From: Clostridiales bacterium
Lineage (GTDB): Bacteria > Bacillota > Clostridia > Oscillospirales > CAG-272
Reading direction: 5' to 3'
DNA: 64,000 bases
Assembly (NCBI GenBank): GCA_022793655.1
Contig: JAAWDG010000009.1
Span: 57,405 to 121,404, forward strand
This document shows, in pieces, positions 59,499 through 64,000 of the stretch (position 1 is the first letter of the stretch; each line of letters opens with the position of its first letter). The notes under the pieces are model-generated. The model did no database searches and was not told the DNA's origin. It saw only the letters and a list, made by a program, of their open reading frames with translations. Both the position numbers and the translations under genes were made by a program.

Positions 59499-61091
59499 AT
59501 GGCAACTACATCTATGTTTTTAACCTTGTTGCTGCTTGTCTGCTTTTTTGCCTTGATGGTCGGGGTTGGTTTTTACAGCAGAAAGCATGCAAATAGCGTG
59601 GACAGCTTTGTTTTGGGTTCGCGAAGCGTCGGCCCTTGGCTGACGGCGTTTGCGTTTGGCACATCCTATTTTTCGGCGGTGATTTTTGTCGGTTATGCCG
59701 GTCAGTTTGGCTGGAATTTTGGGCTTGCGTCTACTTGGATTGGCTTGGGCAATGCGTTTATTGGCTCGCTGCTGGCATGGAGTGTGCTGGGACGCAGAAC
59801 ACGCGTGATGACACAGCACTTATCATCGCATACCATGCCGGATTATTTTGGTAAGCGTTTTTGTTCAGGCGGTATTAAAATTGCAGCTTCGGTGATTGTG
59901 TTTGTGTTTTTAATTCCCTATACGGCTTCGCTGTATAATGGGCTTTCCAGCTTATTTGGCATTGCTTTTGATATCCCATACATTGCAATTATATTGGTTA
60001 TGGCTGCCCTGACTGCCGTTTATGTGATTTTTGGCGGCTATATGGCTACAGCGATTAACGATTTTATTCAGGGCATTATTATGCTCGGCGGGATTGTGGC
60101 CGTCATAGCTGCCGTGTTGGTGGACAATGGCGGGCTTTCAACGGCAATTGGCACTTTGTCGCGTCTTGATTCGCCTTATGCAGAAACCGCTGGGCATGCG
60201 GGGGCATTTACATCGTTTTTCGGTACCCAGCCGTTATATCTTTTGATCGTTATTATTTTAACTTCGCTTGGCACTTGGGGTTTACCCCAAATGGTGGGTA
60301 AATTTTACTCGATCAAAGACGAGGACGCGATTAAGAGAGGCACGATCATTTCGACCATATTTGCAATTGTCGTAGCAGGCGGCTGTTACTTTTTGGGTGG
60401 ATTCGGCCGGCTATATGCCGATAAAATCACAAATGATGCGGGGGCGTTTAAGCAATTTGACAAGATTATTCCTACTATGCTGTCAGGTCTGCCAGATCTT
60501 GTAATTGCCGTTGTGATTGTTTTGGTGCTTTCGGCATCCATGTCTACTTTATCAAGTTTGGTGCTTACGTCCAGTTCCACGTTGACGCTAGATGTAATCT
60601 TTGGCCGTAAGAAGCAGGTTTCAGAAAAGAAAAAGATTTTTGTTCTTCGCCTTTTTATTGTATTCTTTGTGGTTGTGTCGGCTGTTTTGGCGATTTTAAA
60701 GGACACCTATAATTTTTCGATGATTGCGCAGATGATGGGCATTTCGTGGGGGGCATTGGCTGGTGCCTTTTTAGCGCCTTTCTTGTATGGTTTGTATTAC
60801 AAAAAAACTACCAAGGCGGCTGTGATTGTTTGCTTTATCTATGGCGTGGGCATTGAAGTGGTGCAGCTTCTCATTTCGTTAAATGTGCTTTCTGTATCAG
60901 GGCCTGTTTGGGAATTTGTATTTAGAAACTCTTTGTATTCGGGGGCTATTGCTATGATTGGCGGACTTGTTTTGGTGCCGTTAGTCAGTTTGTTTACGCC
61001 TAAATTAAACGCTAAAAAAGTGGATGAGATGTTCAGCTGTTATGACAATACCGTGAATGTAAATGTGAAAAAGTCGTTAGGAAATGGCTGA
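59499..61091 (+). CDS. Sodium:solute symporter family transporter
   Basis: 530 aa, ~13 TM, with an SSF-like N-terminus (…GFYSRKHANSVDSFVLGSRSVGPWLTAFAFGTSYFSA…). GGAGG RBS. Confidence 0.8.
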   Translation: MATTSMFLTLLLLVCFFALMVGVGFYSRKHANSVDSFVLGSRSVGPWLTAFAFGTSYFSAVIFVGYAGQFGWNFGLASTWIGLGNAFIGSLLAWSVLGRRTRVMTQHLSSHTMPDYFGKRFCSGGIKIAASVIVFVFLIPYTASLYNGLSSLFGIAFDIPYIAIILVMAALTAVYVIFGGYMATAINDFIQGIIMLGGIVAVIAAVLVDNGGLSTAIGTLSRLDSPYAETAGHAGAFTSFFGTQPLYLLIVIILTSLGTWGLPQMVGKFYSIKDEDAIKRGTIISTIFAIVVAGGCYFLGGFGRLYADKITNDAGAFKQFDKIIPTMLSGLPDLVIAVVIVLVLSASMSTLSSLVLTSSSTLTLDVIFGRKKQVSEKKKIFVLRLFIVFFVVVSAVLAILKDTYNFSMIAQMMGISWGALAGAFLAPFLYGLYYKKTTKAAVIVCFIYGVGIEVVQLLISLNVLSVSGPVWEFVFRNSLYSGAIAMIGGLVLVPLVSLFTPKLNAKKVDEMFSCYDNTVNVNVKKSLGNG

Positions 61092-61265
61092 AGGTCCCTT
61101 AAAGTAGTTGAAAATTAAATGATGACATGCACTTTTTTGAGACAAAAGAATGCAAGATAGCCTGGCGAACTGTCAGTATTTTACAGATACAAAACATATT
61201 TTTCATTGATATGGGCAGTGTATTGTTGTATAATATAGAATATAAATTTTGGGGAGATGATAAAA

Positions 61266-61655
61266 ATGAAAGAACCGACTTTTTATATTTGTAAGCATTG
61301 CGGCAATTTAGTGGCTATGATTCAGGATGCCGGTGTTCCCATGAGTTGCTGCGGCGAAAAGATGGCGGCGTTAATTCCGAACACGGTTGAAGCATCCGAA
61401 GAAAAGCACGTTCCGGTGGCGTCACTTGCGGCGAAACAAGTGACTGTAACGGTGGGCAGTGTGCTTCATCCTATGCAGGAAGAACATTCGATCCAGTGGA
61501 TTTATCTAAAGACAGAGCAGGGAATGCAGTGTAAAAGTTTAAAACCTGGTGATGCACCCGAAGCTGTGTTTGCTTTAGCTGAGGGCGATGCACCAGTTGC
61601 TGTTTATGCATACTGCAATTTGCATGGCTTGTGGAAGAGTGAAATAGGTAAATAA
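61266..61655 (+). CDS. dfx: Desulfoferrodoxin (2Fe superoxide reductase)
   Basis: Desulforedoxin CKHCGN...CCGEKM, and an SOR centre with EKHVP...H...CNLHG. Confidence 0.9.
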   Translation: MKEPTFYICKHCGNLVAMIQDAGVPMSCCGEKMAALIPNTVEASEEKHVPVASLAAKQVTVTVGSVLHPMQEEHSIQWIYLKTEQGMQCKSLKPGDAPEAVFALAEGDAPVAVYAYCNLHGLWKSEIGK

Positions 61656-61671
61656 ATATGGAAGAATAGGA

Positions 61672-61707
61672 AAGATTAGAATGTTAAATCGCATTCTAAT
61701 CTTTTTT
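61672..61707 (+). terminator. Intrinsic terminator after dfx
   Basis: aagattagaatg-ttaaatcg-cattctaatctt plus TTTT. Confidence 0.8.
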
Positions 61708-61929
61708 ATAGCAGTGGTAATTGTATTGAGATGGGAGTATGGGGCTTTATAACAACGACAATTTTCTTTTTGTTTTGCAGTTGCACATATAAATGGGATG
61801 TGGTAAAATGAAAGCAAACGAAAAATGGCAAAACGATAAGGCCGATTTGCTGTATATTGGAGAGAGTATGCAAAAATACGCGATCAGTCGGCTTCATTGT
61901 ATTACGTAGATATAATTTAAGGAAGAAAA

Positions 61930-64000
61930 ATGAAAAACCAAACACTTAAAGAGCGTTTTTTGGCTATCAAACGCGCCTTATTTGAAAAAAAATATGAATT
62001 TTTGAATCGAGAACAAAAGCGTGCTGTTTTTACGGTGAACGGACCGCTTTTGGTGTTAGCCGGCGCAGGCAGCGGAAAGACGACAGTGTTAGTCAACCGT
62101 GTGGCCGCTATGATTCAATATGGAAATGCTTATATGACTGACGAAACACCGGCTGACTTGTCCGAAGAAACAGTTGCGTCTTTAGAGGGTATGTGCTCGT
62201 TGCCGGCCGAGGCAATTGACGGTATTCTTGATGGCTTCAAAAGCGAGCCCTGCATGCCTTGGGCGATTCTTACCTTTACCTTTACAAATAAAGCGGCAAA
62301 TGAGATGAAAGAACGCTTGGCCACTGTTCTTGGCGAGCAGACGGCTCGCGAAATTTGGGCGGGTACGTTTCATTCAATTTGTGTGCGGATTTTGCGTCGT
62401 GATGGCCATTTAATTGGTTATGCGCCTGGTTTCACGATTTATGACACTGATGATTCCAAACGCCAGATTCGCGATTGCATGAAAACATTAAATATTGATG
62501 AAAAAATTATGCAGCCGAAGGCTGTCATGAATATGATTAGCAAGGCTAAAGAAAAATTAATGAGTCCGGAGGCGTTCGAGGCAGAAGCGGGAAGCGACTA
62601 TAAGCTGCAAATTATCTCAAAAATTTATACCGAATATCAAAAAAACTTAGAAGAAAATAACGCGCTTGATTTTGATGATATTATCATGAAAACGGTGGTG
62701 TTGTTAGAAAAAGAACAAGAGGTGCGTGAATATTACCAGCGGCGCTTTAAATATGTGTGCGTTGATGAGTATCAGGACACCAATCATGCGCAGTTTCGCT
62801 TAATTGGTTTGTTGTCCGGTTATTATCGAAATATTATGGTGGTTGGTGATGATGATCAAAGCATTTACGCATTCCGCGGCGCAACCATTGAAAATATTTT
62901 GAATTTTGATAAAGTCTTTCCCGATGCGACTGTGATTAAATTAGAGCAAAATTATCGAAGTACCGGTAATATATTAGCGGCTGCGAATGCTGTGATTCAA
63001 AATAACCGTGGCCGCCATGCGAAAGTATTATGGACGAAGCAGGGTGATGGCGAAAAAATTACGCTGCGGAAGTTAGATAATCAAAACGAAGAGGCGCGCT
63101 TTATCGTGGACCAAATTATGCGGTTGACCTATGACAAACGAGAACTGAAAGATATTGCGGTTTTGTATCGGGTGAATGCTCAGGCGCAGGCGTTAGAAGC
63201 GGCATTTGCCAGAAGCGGTTTGTCTTATAAGGTGTTAGGCGGCACGCGTTTCTATGACCGTAAAGAAATTAAAGATATCATGGCGTATCTTTGCCTGGTT
63301 AATAACACGAACGATAATTTGCGTCTTAAACGAATCGTGAATGTTCCGAAGAGAAGTATTGGCAATGCTACGATCGATGCGGTGGAACAAATTGCTTCTT
63401 ATGAGGGAATAAGCATGTTTGCGGTGATGGAAAATGCATCGCAGTACACAGCGCTGGCAAAATCGGCCGTTAAATTGAAAACATTTACCGATTTAATTCA
63501 CAAATTCATACATATTAAAGAGGAAAATTCACTGCCTGTTTTGTTTCAGCAGGTCATTGAGCTCAGCGGATACCGCGCTATGTTGGAAGCGGGCGGCGAA
63601 GCAGAGCGAGACCGACTGGAAAATGTCGAAGAATTAATATCGAGCGCGGTTGAATATGATATGGAGAATGAGGAGGCTTCTCTTTCTGGATTCCTGGAGG
63701 ATGTGGCTCTGATTTCAGATACAGATCAATATGATCAAGAGGGAAATGCCGTGGTTTTGATGACGATTCATTCGGCCAAGGGGCTAGAGTTTCCTGTTGT
63801 GTTTTTACCTGGCTTAGAAGATGGTGTGTTTCCTGGTTTCCGCTCACAAGGCAGTACGGCTGAAATGGAAGAGGAACGTCGGTTAGCATATGTGGCTATT
63901 ACAAGAGCAAAAGAAAACTTGTATATTACGCATACGAAGTCGCGGCTGCTATATGGTTCTACGTCTTATAATCCTTTGTCTTGTTTTATTAAAGAGATTC
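61930..64000 (+). CDS. pcrA: ATP-dependent DNA helicase PcrA/UvrD family (3' end outside window)
   Basis: Not in the ORF track because it runs off the window. ATG 61930 follows AAGGAAG. Contains Walker A AGAGSGKTT, VDEYQDTN and the later helicase motifs QNYRS and VMTIHSAKGLEF. No stop in frame to 64000. Confidence 0.9.
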   Translation, partial: MKNQTLKERFLAIKRALFEKKYEFLNREQKRAVFTVNGPLLVLAGAGSGKTTVLVNRVAAMIQYGNAYMTDETPADLSEETVASLEGMCSLPAEAIDGILDGFKSEPCMPWAILTFTFTNKAANEMKERLATVLGEQTAREIWAGTFHSICVRILRRDGHLIGYAPGFTIYDTDDSKRQIRDCMKTLNIDEKIMQPKAVMNMISKAKEKLMSPEAFEAEAGSDYKLQIISKIYTEYQKNLEENNALDFDDIIMKTVVLLEKEQEVREYYQRRFKYVCVDEYQDTNHAQFRLIGLLSGYYRNIMVVGDDDQSIYAFRGATIENILNFDKVFPDATVIKLEQNYRSTGNILAAANAVIQNNRGRHAKVLWTKQGDGEKITLRKLDNQNEEARFIVDQIMRLTYDKRELKDIAVLYRVNAQAQALEAAFARSGLSYKVLGGTRFYDRKEIKDIMAYLCLVNNTNDNLRLKRIVNVPKRSIGNATIDAVEQIASYEGISMFAVMENASQYTALAKSAVKLKTFTDLIHKFIHIKEENSLPVLFQQVIELSGYRAMLEAGGEAERDRLENVEELISSAVEYDMENEEASLSGFLEDVALISDTDQYDQEGNAVVLMTIHSAKGLEFPVVFLPGLEDGVFPGFRSQGSTAEMEEERRLAYVAITRAKENLYITHTKSRLLYGSTSYNPLSCFIKEI

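Noticed and set aside
61806-61907. A 33-aa small ORF (MKANEKWQNDKADLLYIGESMQKYAISRLHCIT) upstream of pcrA.
   Set aside because: It has no RBS. Its ATG overlaps a TGgTAAAAT box that is more plausibly the pcrA promoter -10.
63578-63889. A 103-aa minus-strand ORF, with the 62130-62373 minus-strand ORFs, inside pcrA.
   Set aside because: They are antisense to a helicase CDS with all the canonical motifs.

Overview
The window looks like a core chromosomal segment of an anaerobic Firmicute, probably Clostridia, at roughly 43% GC. I found no transposase, integrase, CRISPR array, rRNA or recognisable defence genes.

Gene content, left to right:
- 3' part of an rnf operon (rnfG fragment, rnfE, rnfA, rnfB) with a translationally coupled PPTase
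- an ABC-2 exporter pair
- a split transketolase
- a complete 9-gene V-type ATPase operon
- a DUF1538-like membrane protein coupled to a tandem P-II-like protein
- an FeS protein and a Tam-like methyltransferase
- potABCD
- a small M50 protease
- a Gfo/Idh/MocA oxidoreductase
- a MerR-controlled AKR plus membrane-anchored flavodoxin pair
- a GDPD-family protein, a YitT-family protein and smpB
- a LysR-controlled redox/carbonyl cluster (acetyltransferase, lipoprotein flavodoxin-AKR fusion, FMN reductase-like protein, Fe-ADH, cyclophilin-like lipoprotein)
- a sugar-phosphate isomerase
- a GldA/F/G-like ABC system with a DUF4340 protein
- a DegV-family protein
- tRNA-Pro(CGG)
- a HAD-like protein
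- pstSCAB-phoU-phoPR with Pho boxes
- a small ferredoxin
- a serine hydrolase
- a small alarmone synthetase
- a T-box (Tyr specifier) controlling a sodium:solute symporter
- desulfoferrodoxin
- the 5' two-thirds of pcrA

The least explained signals are non-coding:
- Two tandem ~120-nt modules at 46071-46315 keep the same fold through compensatory changes.
- A triple TGGTATAATG array with hairpins lies at 55699-56124.
- A 21-bp-arm palindrome carrying two facing extended -10 boxes lies at 19893-19938.

All protein calls come from reading the supplied translations. No database search was run.
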